32,000 nt of DNA, from NCBI RefSeq assembly GCF_000009605.1, contig NC_002528.1, positions 150,001 to 182,000 of the forward strand. The letters run 5' to 3'. Of the stretch, positions 23,672 through 32,000 are shown piece after piece. The stretch comes from Buchnera aphidicola str. APS (Acyrthosiphon pisum) (GTDB lineage: Bacteria > Pseudomonadota > Gammaproteobacteria > Enterobacterales > Enterobacteriaceae). The notes under the pieces were generated by a model that did not search any database, had not been told where the DNA came from, and saw only the letters and a program-made list of their open reading frames with translations. A program made the position numbers and the translations under genes. Each line of letters begins with the position of its first letter. Position 1 is the stretch's first letter.

Positions 23672-24184
23672 ATGGAATTTGTTTTTTATGTGTGTTCATT
23701 TGCAGCAGTCGTTTCTACTTTTTTTGTAATTATTCAAAAAAATGCAGTGTATTCCTTAGTGTATTTAATAATTTCTCTTTTATCAATAGCTGGTGTTTTT
23801 TTTTCATTAGGAGCATTTTTTGCTGGTTCTTTAGAAGTAATTATTTACGCAGGAGCTATTATAGTATTATTTGTTTTTGTTATCATGATGCTTAATATAA
23901 GTGATAAATATAATTTAGAAGAAGCACACTATTTAAAACCTAGGTTTTGGATCGGACCAAGTATTTTATCATTAATATTACTTTTATCTATGACTTATGC
24001 AATATTTTTTTTAAGAGATAAAAAAATAGATGGATTTTTAATTGATTCAAAAATAGTAGGTATAAATTTATTTGGTCCTTATGTATTTTTAGTTGAACTG
24101 TCTTCCATTCTTTTATTATCTGCTTTAGTCGTTATTTTTCATATTGGAACCGAAAAAAATGTAGATAAAAATAAAGTTTTGTAA
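23672..24184 (+). CDS. nuoJ: NADH-quinone oxidoreductase subunit J
   Basis: LVYLIISLLSIAGVFFSLGAFFAGSLEVIIYAGAIIVLFVFVIMMLN is the conserved NuoJ core. Confidence 0.95.
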   Translation: MEFVFYVCSFAAVVSTFFVIIQKNAVYSLVYLIISLLSIAGVFFSLGAFFAGSLEVIIYAGAIIVLFVFVIMMLNISDKYNLEEAHYLKPRFWIGPSILSLILLLSMTYAIFFLRDKKIDGFLIDSKIVGINLFGPYVFLVELSSILLLSALVVIFHIGTEKNVDKNKVL

Positions 24185-24214
24185 TTAATTGATCTTTATT
24201 AAGGGCAATAATTC

Positions 24215-24517
24215 ATGATTTCTTTATTTCACGGGTTATTTTTATCATTAATATTATTTATTTTAGGTTTAACATCTTTAATTGTCAGACGTAATATATT
24301 ATTTATATTAATTAGTTTAGAAATAATGATGAATGCTGTTGGATTAGCGTTAATAGTAGTTGGTAGTTACTGGCATCAAGCAGATGGTCAAATAATGTAT
24401 ATATTCGTCATAACTTTAGCCGCATCAGAAGCCAGTATAGCTTTAGCATTATTATTACAACTTTATAGGCGAAAGAAAACATTAAATATTGATATTTTAA
24501 GTGAGATGAATGGATGA
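24215..24517 (+). CDS. nuoK: NADH-quinone oxidoreductase subunit K
   Basis: [24 protein letters not shown] and [35 protein letters not shown]. Confidence 0.96.
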   Translation: MISLFHGLFLSLILFILGLTSLIVRRNILFILISLEIMMNAVGLALIVVGSYWHQADGQIMYIFVITLAASEASIALALLLQLYRRKKTLNIDILSEMNG

Positions 24518-26358
24518 GTATTATTTTTTTCATAATTTTATTTCCACTAATCGGGTTTTTATTTTTATCTACTATACAAGATTTTATTTTCAAACGATAT
24601 ACTTTAAATATAGGTATATTTTCTATATTTATATCATTTTTTATAACTTGTTTTTATGGTGTTAGTATTCTTAAAAATAATAATCAAGTTTTTACTCAGA
24701 TACTGTGGAAATGGTTATCTATTAATGAGTTTAAGATTGATTTTGGTTTTTTTTTAGATGGACTGTCTTTAAGTATGTTATTTGTAATTACAGGTGTTGG
24801 ATTATTAATACATATTTTTTCTTCTTGGTATATGAGATACAAAGAAGGCCAGTCACGTTTTTTTGCATATACTAATTTATTTATAGCCAGTATGTCGGTT
24901 TTAGTGCTTGCTGATAATTTTCTATTTATGTATTTAGGATGGGAAGGTGTCAGTGTTTGTTCTTATTTGCTGATTGGGTTTTATTATACTGAATTAAAAA
25001 ATAACCTTTGTGCTTTTAAAGCCTTTATTTTAACTCGAGTTTCTGATGTCTTCTTAATGATTGGAATGTTTTTAATATATAGAGAATTTAATAGTTTTAA
25101 TTTCCAAGAAATTAAATTCTTATCAAGTTTTTTAAATGTAGAAAATTTTTATTATTTAGATTATATTACACTTTTTTTATTATTAGGAGTGATTGGAAAG
25201 TCAGCTCAGTTACCTTTACAAACTTGGTTATCTGATGCTATGGTTGGACCGACTCCTGTTTCAGCTTTGATACATGCAGCTACTATGGTAACAGCAGGTG
25301 TATATTTAATAGCAAGAACACATTTTTTATTTTTACTAACTCCTGGAATATTATATTTAGTAGGATTAATCGGTACATTGACAATATTAGTTTCCAGTAT
25401 TTCTGCCTTAGTACAAAAGGATATAAAACGCATTTTAGCCTATTCTACAATGAGTCAAATAGGATATATGTTTTTAGCTTTAGGAGTTAAAGCGTGGAGT
25501 GCGGCAATTACACATTTGATTATGCATGCCATTTTTAAAGCATTACTATTTTTATCTGCAGGTTCATTGATTAAATCATGTAAAAATGAAAAAAATATAT
25601 TTAAAATGGGTGGTTTACGTAAACAACTTCCTTTTTTATATATTAGCTTTATAGTTGGTGGGGCATCCTTAGTGTCTTTTCCTTTAATTACAGCCGGATT
25701 CTATAGCAAGGGTAATATTTTATTTAGTGTTTTAAAAAGCGGGTGTATTGATTTTTTTATAATCGGTTTATTTTGTTCTTTTTTAACTGCTATTTATACA
25801 TTCAGAATGATTTTTGTTATTTTTCATGGTAAAAATATTCATACAGCAGACTCATCTACGAATTTACAACATAACATTCCATTATTTGTGCTTTTATTAT
25901 TGTCTACTGTATTTGGTTCGTACATATCACCTCCATTATCAGATGTATTTCCTTTGTCTTATACCCCAATAGATCACAAGTTCGCATTTGAAATAATATG
26001 CAGTATATTATCTTTATCAGGAATATATTTATCTTACTATATTTGGATTAAAAATTTATATGTTCTAGATAAAATTTTTCAGTTTAAATTCATGAGATAT
26101 TTATATTATTTTTTTTTAAAAGGATGGGGTTTTAATTGGTTTTATAAAATATCTTTTGTATATTTTTATTTATATATATCTAAGAGATTATCGGCTGATC
26201 CACTTAATAAAATTATCAATTATTTTTTAAAAGTCACGCAGATATTTAACTTTTACTTATTAAAAACTAGCAATGGTTATGTGAGATGGTACGTAGCTTC
26301 AATGATATTAGGTATTAATTTTATTTTTTTATTAATGTTATTTTTTTATTTTAATTAA
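24514..26358 (+). CDS. nuoL: NADH-quinone oxidoreductase subunit L
   Basis: [51 protein letters not shown] and [19 protein letters not shown] overlap with nuoK. Confidence 0.97.
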   Translation: MSIIFFIILFPLIGFLFLSTIQDFIFKRYTLNIGIFSIFISFFITCFYGVSILKNNNQVFTQILWKWLSINEFKIDFGFFLDGLSLSMLFVITGVGLLIHIFSSWYMRYKEGQSRFFAYTNLFIASMSVLVLADNFLFMYLGWEGVSVCSYLLIGFYYTELKNNLCAFKAFILTRVSDVFLMIGMFLIYREFNSFNFQEIKFLSSFLNVENFYYLDYITLFLLLGVIGKSAQLPLQTWLSDAMVGPTPVSALIHAATMVTAGVYLIARTHFLFLLTPGILYLVGLIGTLTILVSSISALVQKDIKRILAYSTMSQIGYMFLALGVKAWSAAITHLIMHAIFKALLFLSAGSLIKSCKNEKNIFKMGGLRKQLPFLYISFIVGGASLVSFPLITAGFYSKGNILFSVLKSGCIDFFIIGLFCSFLTAIYTFRMIFVIFHGKNIHTADSSTNLQHNIPLFVLLLLSTVFGSYISPPLSDVFPLSYTPIDHKFAFEIICSILSLSGIYLSYYIWIKNLYVLDKIFQFKFMRYLYYFFLKGWGFNWFYKISFVYFYLYISKRLSADPLNKIINYFLKVTQIFNFYLLKTSNGYVRWYVASMILGINFIFLLMLFFYFN

Positions 26359-26454
26359 AAACAGTGTGTTTATTAATATATTATTATTGTTTTAAAAATA
26401 TAAAATAATTCTGTTGATTAAATAGTCATAGTGAATAATAGGAATATACGTGCA

Positions 26455-27972
26455 ATGTTACTTTCTTTATTAATTATCATCCCATTTTTGAGTAGTTTTT
26501 TTTCTTTTTTTTCTCCTAGATTGCACAATAATTTTCCTCGCTGGATTGCACTATCAGGAATAATTGCAACATTATTAGTTGTAATACAAATATTTTTTCA
26601 AGAAAATTATCATATTTTTCAGATAAGACATTACCCTAATTGGAATTGTCAATTAATCGTCCCTTGGATCTCAAGATTTGGTATTGAATTCAACATTGCA
26701 CTTGATGGTTTATCTATTATAATGCTTATTTTTTCTTCTTTTTTATCTATAATAGCTATTATATGTTCATGGAATGAAATTAAAAAAAATGAAGGATTTT
26801 TTTATTTTAATTTTATGCTTGTTTTCACTGGTATTATTGGTGTTTTTATTTCTTGTGATCTTTTTTTATTTTTTTGTTTTTGGGAAATTATGTTAATACC
26901 TATGTATTTTTTAATTGCATTATGGAGTGATAAAACTGAAAAAAAGAAAAATTTTCTAGCTGCTAATAAGTTTTTTTTATATAGTCAAACTTCTGGTTTA
27001 ATATTGCTATCTTCTATTTTGTTATTAGTTTTTAGTCACTATTATAGCACTAATATATTAACTTTTAATTATAATTTATTAATTAATAAACCGATTAATA
27101 TATATGTAGAATATATAGTTATGATAGGTTTTTTCTTATCATTCGCAATAAAGATGCCTATTGTTCCGTTTCATGGATGGTTACCTGATATACATTCTCG
27201 ATCTCTTTCTTGCGGTTCAGTAGAAATAATTGGTGTGTTATTAAAAACAGCTCCTTATGCTCTTTTACGATATAATTTAGTTTTATTTCCCGATTCTACG
27301 AAAAGTTTTTCTTTAATTGCAGTTTTTTGGGGTATTATTAGTATATTTTATGGAGCTTGGATTGCTTTTTCTCAAACGAATATTAAACGATTAATTGCTT
27401 ATTCTTCTGTTTCTCATATGGGTTTAATTTTAATAGGGATTTATAGTAATAACGAAAGGGCTCTTCAAGGAGTAGTTATTCAAATGTTATCAAATAGTTT
27501 AACTGTTGCTGCTTTGTGTATTTTATCTGGTCAAATTTATAAACGTTTTAAAACTCAAGATATGAGTAAAATGGGGGGTTTATGGTCTTGTATTTATTGG
27601 ATTCCAGGTTTTTCTTTATTTTTTTCTTTGGCAAATTTAGGAGTTCCTGGAACTGGAAATTTTATTGGTGAGTTTTTAATTTTATCAGGAGTATTTGAAG
27701 TTTTTCCCTTAGTATCTATATTAGCGACGATAGGTATTGTATTTTCTTCTATTTATTCTCTGAATGTTATTCAAAAAATTTTTTATGGCCCATGCAAACA
27801 AAATATTAAAGTTTTTTTCATAAATAAACAAGAAGTATGGACAATAATAGCGTTAGTCTTTACATTAGTCTTTTTAGGTTTAAATCCACAGAAAATTATA
27901 GATGTTTCATATAATTCTATACACAATATTCAAAAAGAATTTAATAATTCCATTCTAAAGATAAGGTCTTAA
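26455..27972 (+). CDS. nuoM: NADH-quinone oxidoreductase subunit M
   Basis: FWEIMLIPMYFLIALW, PFHGWLPDIHSRSLSCGSVEIIGVLLKTAPYALLRYNL and KRLIAYSSVSHMGL. The supplied ORF opens at GTG 26431, but ATG 26455 (MLLSLLIIIPFL) aligns with the usual NuoM N-terminus. Confidence 0.95.
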   Translation: MLLSLLIIIPFLSSFFSFFSPRLHNNFPRWIALSGIIATLLVVIQIFFQENYHIFQIRHYPNWNCQLIVPWISRFGIEFNIALDGLSIIMLIFSSFLSIIAIICSWNEIKKNEGFFYFNFMLVFTGIIGVFISCDLFLFFCFWEIMLIPMYFLIALWSDKTEKKKNFLAANKFFLYSQTSGLILLSSILLLVFSHYYSTNILTFNYNLLINKPINIYVEYIVMIGFFLSFAIKMPIVPFHGWLPDIHSRSLSCGSVEIIGVLLKTAPYALLRYNLVLFPDSTKSFSLIAVFWGIISIFYGAWIAFSQTNIKRLIAYSSVSHMGLILIGIYSNNERALQGVVIQMLSNSLTVAALCILSGQIYKRFKTQDMSKMGGLWSCIYWIPGFSLFFSLANLGVPGTGNFIGEFLILSGVFEVFPLVSILATIGIVFSSIYSLNVIQKIFYGPCKQNIKVFFINKQEVWTIIALVFTLVFLGLNPQKIIDVSYNSIHNIQKEFNNSILKIRS

Positions 27973-27978
27973 TTAGTA

Positions 27979-29439
27979 ATGATAATAAATTTACAACAAT
28001 TAACAGCATTGCTGCCTTTGTTGATTATAATGTTAACTGTTATCACAGTCATATTATCTATTTCTTATAATCGAAATCATTTTTTTGTTGCTGTATTCAG
28101 TATATTAGGTCTTATATTCGCCCTATGTTCACTATATTTTTTAATTGAAATTATTCCTATAAACGTAAGTATATTATTTCATTTTAATAGTAATGCTATT
28201 TTATATATCGGAATGATTTTAATTTCTAGCATCTGTACGTGTATTTTTTCATATCCGTGGTTATTAAAATATCCGTTTAACAAAGAGGAGTTTTATTTAT
28301 TAGTAATTATTTCAACTTTAGGTGCAATATCATTAACTATATCTCATCATATGGCGTCATTTTTTATTAATATTGAACTAATATCTTTACCTATGTTTGG
28401 TTTAATTGCTTATTCAAGATATCAAAAATACTCTTTAGAGTCTTCATTAAAATATATTATTTTATCTGGCGTTTCTTCTAGTTTTTTATTATTTGGTATT
28501 GCATGGGTTTATTCGATTTCTGGAGGTCTTGATTTTTTATCTATACATAAGAGTTTTAATTTTGCATCTGAAAAAGAAATATTAGTAGTGCTGTTTGGAA
28601 TAAGCATGATACTTTTATCCTTATTTTTTAAGCTGTCAATTGTACCATTTCATTTATGGACTCCTGATATTTATCAAGGCTCTCCAACATCAGTATTATC
28701 TTTTTTTAGCACTGCCGGGAAAATTTCTGTTTTTAGCGTACTATTAAATTTTTTATCATATTTTTCTAATTCAGACAACAAAGTAATATATTTTATATTA
28801 TCGTTGATAATTATTTTATCTATATTAGTTGGTAATTTGATGGCTCTTTTTCAAAAAGACATCAAAAGATTTTTAGGATATACATCTATATCTCAAATAG
28901 GATATTTGTTGATAGTATTGCTTGTATCACATAAGAATTATTCATTTTCTTTAGAAGCTAGTGCGATATATTTATGTGGTTATTTATTTAGTAATATAGC
29001 GTGTCTTGGTATTGTAAATTTAATTTCAACTTCACATATAAATAATAATGCTAGTTCAATAAATTCATATCGAGGGTTGTTTTGGTCTCATCCACTTTTA
29101 TCTAGTGTATTGACTTTAGTTTTGATTTCATCTGCAGGTATTCCAATGACTTTAGGGTTTATTGGAAAATTTTATATATTATCAATTGTTATGATAGAAC
29201 ATTTATGGTTAATAGGTTTTGCTTTTCTAATTGGAAGTCTATTAGGTTTATACTGTTATTTAAGAATAATTTTAAATTTATATTTACACCCATCGAAATT
29301 ATTTAAAAGAGATTTAAATATACCTCTGAATTGGGTTTATACTCCTTCTGGTATAGTAATATGTATTTCAGGAATAATACTGTTAGCTTTAGGTATATAT
29401 CCTAATCCATTAATTGGCTTAATTAAATGTACTATATAA
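27979..29439 (+). CDS. nuoN: NADH-quinone oxidoreductase subunit N
   Basis: MIINLQQLTALLPLLIIMLTVITVILSIS, PFHLWTPDIYQGSPTSVLSFFSTAGK and KRFLGYTSISQIGYL. Confidence 0.96.
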   Translation: MIINLQQLTALLPLLIIMLTVITVILSISYNRNHFFVAVFSILGLIFALCSLYFLIEIIPINVSILFHFNSNAILYIGMILISSICTCIFSYPWLLKYPFNKEEFYLLVIISTLGAISLTISHHMASFFINIELISLPMFGLIAYSRYQKYSLESSLKYIILSGVSSSFLLFGIAWVYSISGGLDFLSIHKSFNFASEKEILVVLFGISMILLSLFFKLSIVPFHLWTPDIYQGSPTSVLSFFSTAGKISVFSVLLNFLSYFSNSDNKVIYFILSLIIILSILVGNLMALFQKDIKRFLGYTSISQIGYLLIVLLVSHKNYSFSLEASAIYLCGYLFSNIACLGIVNLISTSHINNNASSINSYRGLFWSHPLLSSVLTLVLISSAGIPMTLGFIGKFYILSIVMIEHLWLIGFAFLIGSLLGLYCYLRIILNLYLHPSKLFKRDLNIPLNWVYTPSGIVICISGIILLALGIYPNPLIGLIKCTI

Positions 29440-29978
29440 TATTATTTTTGAAAATATATTTATAATACTAAAAAAATTTTTACTAATAAAAAAGGTATTT
29501 TTAGTGGCCGATTTTTTATATGCTATTACTTTTGAAGTATTTTTTTCGATCTAATCATATTTATGATAGACTATTGTATATACAAAAAAATAAAAAATAA
29601 TTTTTAAAATTTTTTTTTATTATAATTTTTATATTTGTGCTATTTTTTTGATATTTTTCTGTCTAGTTATTAAAAATAAAATGTATGAAATTACTAATTA
29701 AAAAAATTATATTATTTTTTTACTAGGTATGTGTTAGAAAGCTTATTTTTAATAGATAATATTTTAATGCAGTGTGTTATTTTTTAATCTCTAAAATACT
29801 GATAAATTTTCAAAAAATACTACTATATTAGTATGCGAAGTTTTCACATTATTCTGAATAATAGTTTTTTATTGTCAGATATTTTTTAAGTGTTATTAAT
29901 TATTATGCTCGTGTAATTTTTTTTATTAATAGGCTTAGAAATTTATTTTTTCTAATAAAACTAGTTCATAAAAAACAG

Positions 29979-29997
29979 TATTAGAATATTTCTAATA
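29979..29997. repeat. Short AT-rich inverted repeat in the nuoN-folC gap
   Basis: TATTAGA (29979-29985), ATATT loop, TCTAATA (29991-29997); perfect 7-bp stem. Likely weak in such AT-rich DNA. Confidence 0.35.
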
Positions 29998-30209
29998 TCT
30001 GATTTTTTAGAATAAGTAAAGATGCAAATAATAAAAAATTTTTATCATCCCTCTTTTATTTGTATCTTTGATTGCAATAGATCTGACTAAGATGATTTTT
30101 ACAGTAGATAGTATTTCGGACATTTTTTTGTATTAGATCTAAGATTTATATATCTTCTTTATATATATAGAAAAAATTACATGATAAAACATAGATTATC
30201 CGAGGGGTT

Positions 30210-30347
30210 ATGAATTTTTATCATGTTCCAAATAATTTTGAAAATTTTTTTTTTATTATTCTAATATTGATAACTGTTTTGATAATATTAATTATTGTAT
30301 TAGTTATATTTATAATTAATAATATATTATACAATAAAAAATATTAA
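30210..30347 (+). CDS. Possible small hydrophobic single-span membrane protein (45 aa), not in the supplied ORF track
   Basis: ATG preceded by GAGGGG with 2 nt spacing before ATG (cGAGGGGttATG). Translation: MNFYHVPNNFENFFFIILILITVLIILIIVLVIFIINNILYNKKY*. Chance ORFs of this composition are easy to get in T-rich DNA, so confidence is low. Confidence 0.25.
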   Translation: MNFYHVPNNFENFFFIILILITVLIILIIVLVIFIINNILYNKKY

Positions 30348-30564
30348 TAATTTTTTATTTAAACACATAATTTTACATATAGATATTTATATTTTAATTT
30401 TTTAAAAAAATATAAAAAAATAAAAAATTTTTTACCATAACGTATTATACAATTTAATTTTTTATAAGATTATAAAATATATAAGACATATTTAGGTCTT
30501 TACATGTTGTTCTATTTCTCATCAGAAGATTTTCAATTATTTTTTACAAAAAAATAAGAGTGCT

Positions 30565-31800
30565 ATGATTAATAAAAATTACTCTTTATCTCTCTGGCTT
30601 AAATATTTAGAGCAGTTAGATAAAAAAAGAATATATAATCTTACTGAATTAAAATTTCTTGCAAAAAAGCTCGGTTTATTAAAGTCGGAATCTTTTATTT
30701 TTACTGTTGCAGGAACTAATGGAAAAGGTACTACTTGTGCAGTATTAGAAAGATTGTTATTAGATTCGGGTTATCAAGTAGGACTATATACTTCCCCTCA
30801 TCTTATAAATTTTGTAGAAAGAGTTAGAATTAATGGGTTTGTTCTTCATGAAGAAGAACATATTGATTCTTTTCAGAATGTAGAACTAGTTCGAAATGGT
30901 GTTTTATTAACTTATTTTGAATTTATTACACTCGCTGCATTAATTTTGTTTAAAAGGTATTCATTAGATTGTATTATACTAAAAGTAGGTTTAGGGGGAA
31001 GATTAGATGCTACTAATATTATAGATTCTGATATATCGATAATAACTAATATAGGTATAGATCATACTTCTATTTTAGGAAGAGATCGCATAAGCATCGC
31101 ACGTGAAAAATGTGGAGTTTTTAGAAAAAATAAAATTTCTGTTATTGGAGAAACTGATATACCTTGTTCTATGTATCAAATAGCTAAAGAAAAAAAAACA
31201 ATACTAAAGAAAATTGATATAGATTGGTCATGGGAAAAAAAAAGAAATTATTGGAATTTTTTTCATTCTACCATACAATTGTATAATTTACCTGAGACTC
31301 AGGTACCATTATCGAGTGCAGCTACTGCTTTATCTACTCTATATTATTCTCGTTTTAAAATAAAAGAAAAAATTATAAGAAAATCTATTTCTAATGTTCA
31401 ATTGCCTGGTAGATTTCAAGTTATTTCTACCTTTCCTTATATTATTGTCGACGTAGCTCATAATCCTAACGCTGCTTTTTATTTATCTCAAAAAATAGAT
31501 GAAATAAATATAACCGGAAAAATATATGCAGTGGTAGGCATATTAAAAGATAAAGATATTTTGGGTATTATTGATCCTCTGGCAAATAAAATTCATCATT
31601 GGTTCACTGCCCCCTTGAAAACGATTCGAACTGCCACCAAACATGAATTAAAAAAATTTTTTCCTATTCACAATACATCTATTTTAAAAAGTATTGAAAT
31701 AGCTTATAAAAAAGCTTTGATATTAGTAAAAAAAGAAGATGCTATTATAATTTTCGGTTCTTTTTTAACTGTTTCAGAATTTCTTTCTTTAAAAATATAA
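30565..31800 (+). CDS. folC: Bifunctional folylpolyglutamate synthase / dihydrofolate synthase
   Basis: FTVAGTNGKGTTCAVLERLLLDSGYQVGLYTSPHLINFVERVRING, KVGLGGRLDATNIIDSDISIITNIGIDHT and LPGRFQVISTFPYIIVDVAHNPNAA. Confidence 0.96.
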   Translation: MINKNYSLSLWLKYLEQLDKKRIYNLTELKFLAKKLGLLKSESFIFTVAGTNGKGTTCAVLERLLLDSGYQVGLYTSPHLINFVERVRINGFVLHEEEHIDSFQNVELVRNGVLLTYFEFITLAALILFKRYSLDCIILKVGLGGRLDATNIIDSDISIITNIGIDHTSILGRDRISIAREKCGVFRKNKISVIGETDIPCSMYQIAKEKKTILKKIDIDWSWEKKRNYWNFFHSTIQLYNLPETQVPLSSAATALSTLYYSRFKIKEKIIRKSISNVQLPGRFQVISTFPYIIVDVAHNPNAAFYLSQKIDEINITGKIYAVVGILKDKDILGIIDPLANKIHHWFTAPLKTIRTATKHELKKFFPIHNTSILKSIEIAYKKALILVKKEDAIIIFGSFLTVSEFLSLKI

Positions 31801-31837
31801 ATATAACACACAAAAAAATATGATTTTGGAAAAATCT

Positions 31838-32000
31838 ATGTTGTTACTAGATTATATTATTATTTTTTTCATTATTATTTCATTTTTTTTTGGTTTATCA
31901 CGTGGTTTATATCAAGAAATAGTTTCTTCTTATTTTTGGTTTTTTAATTTTTATTTTTTTAATAAATATGATTACTTTAGTTCGTTTTTTATTAATGCAG
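31838..32000 (+). CDS. cvpA: CvpA family inner-membrane protein, 5' part, truncated by window edge
   Basis: Translation MLLLDYIIIFFIIISFFFGLSRGLYQEIVSSYFWFFNFYFFNKYDYFSSFFINA resembles the CvpA N-terminus (MVWIDYAIIAVIAFSSLVSLIRGFVREALSLVTW). It directly follows folC. An in-frame ATG at 31820 is an alternative start. Confidence 0.8.
   Translation, partial: MLLLDYIIIFFIIISFFFGLSRGLYQEIVSSYFWFFNFYFFNKYDYFSSFFINA

Noticed and set aside
29440-30564. tRNA or structural RNA gene in the nuoN-folC gap
   Set aside because: No GC-supported acceptor stem, T-loop (GGTTCGAAT-like) or other recognisable RNA signature is visible. The only stems found are short AT-only repeats expected by chance.
1-32000. 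CRISPR array, transposon, prophage or toxin-antitoxin system
   Set aside because: I looked for spaced direct repeats, transposase/integrase motifs and short antitoxin-toxin pairs and found none. Nearly all the DNA is accounted for by housekeeping genes.

Overview
AT-rich, densely coded window with strong similarity to reduced gammaproteobacterial insect-endosymbiont genomes (Buchnera-like). The lineage is inferred from gene content, order and composition, not from a database search. Minus-strand block: carB (runs off the left edge), carA, dapB, ispH, lspA, ileS, ribF. rpsT (TTG start) is on the plus strand, followed by dnaJ and dnaK on the minus strand. A complete complex I operon nuoA-N (nuoCD fused) follows on the plus strand, then a ~1.1 kb gene-poor gap, folC, and the start of cvpA. 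Non-coding signals supported directly by the sequence: an almost E. coli-like sigma-32 promoter upstream of dnaK, a 12-bp GC-rich hairpin in the dnaK-dnaJ spacer, a compound stem-loop between convergent rpsT and dnaJ, and likely non-ATG starts for rpsT and carA. The least explained part is the nuoN-folC gap, which holds a small unannotated hydrophobic ORF (45 codons) behind a strong Shine-Dalgarno-like GAGGGG. I found no mobile element, CRISPR array, tRNA/rRNA, defence system or biosynthetic cluster, and nothing that convincingly amounts to a new biological system.
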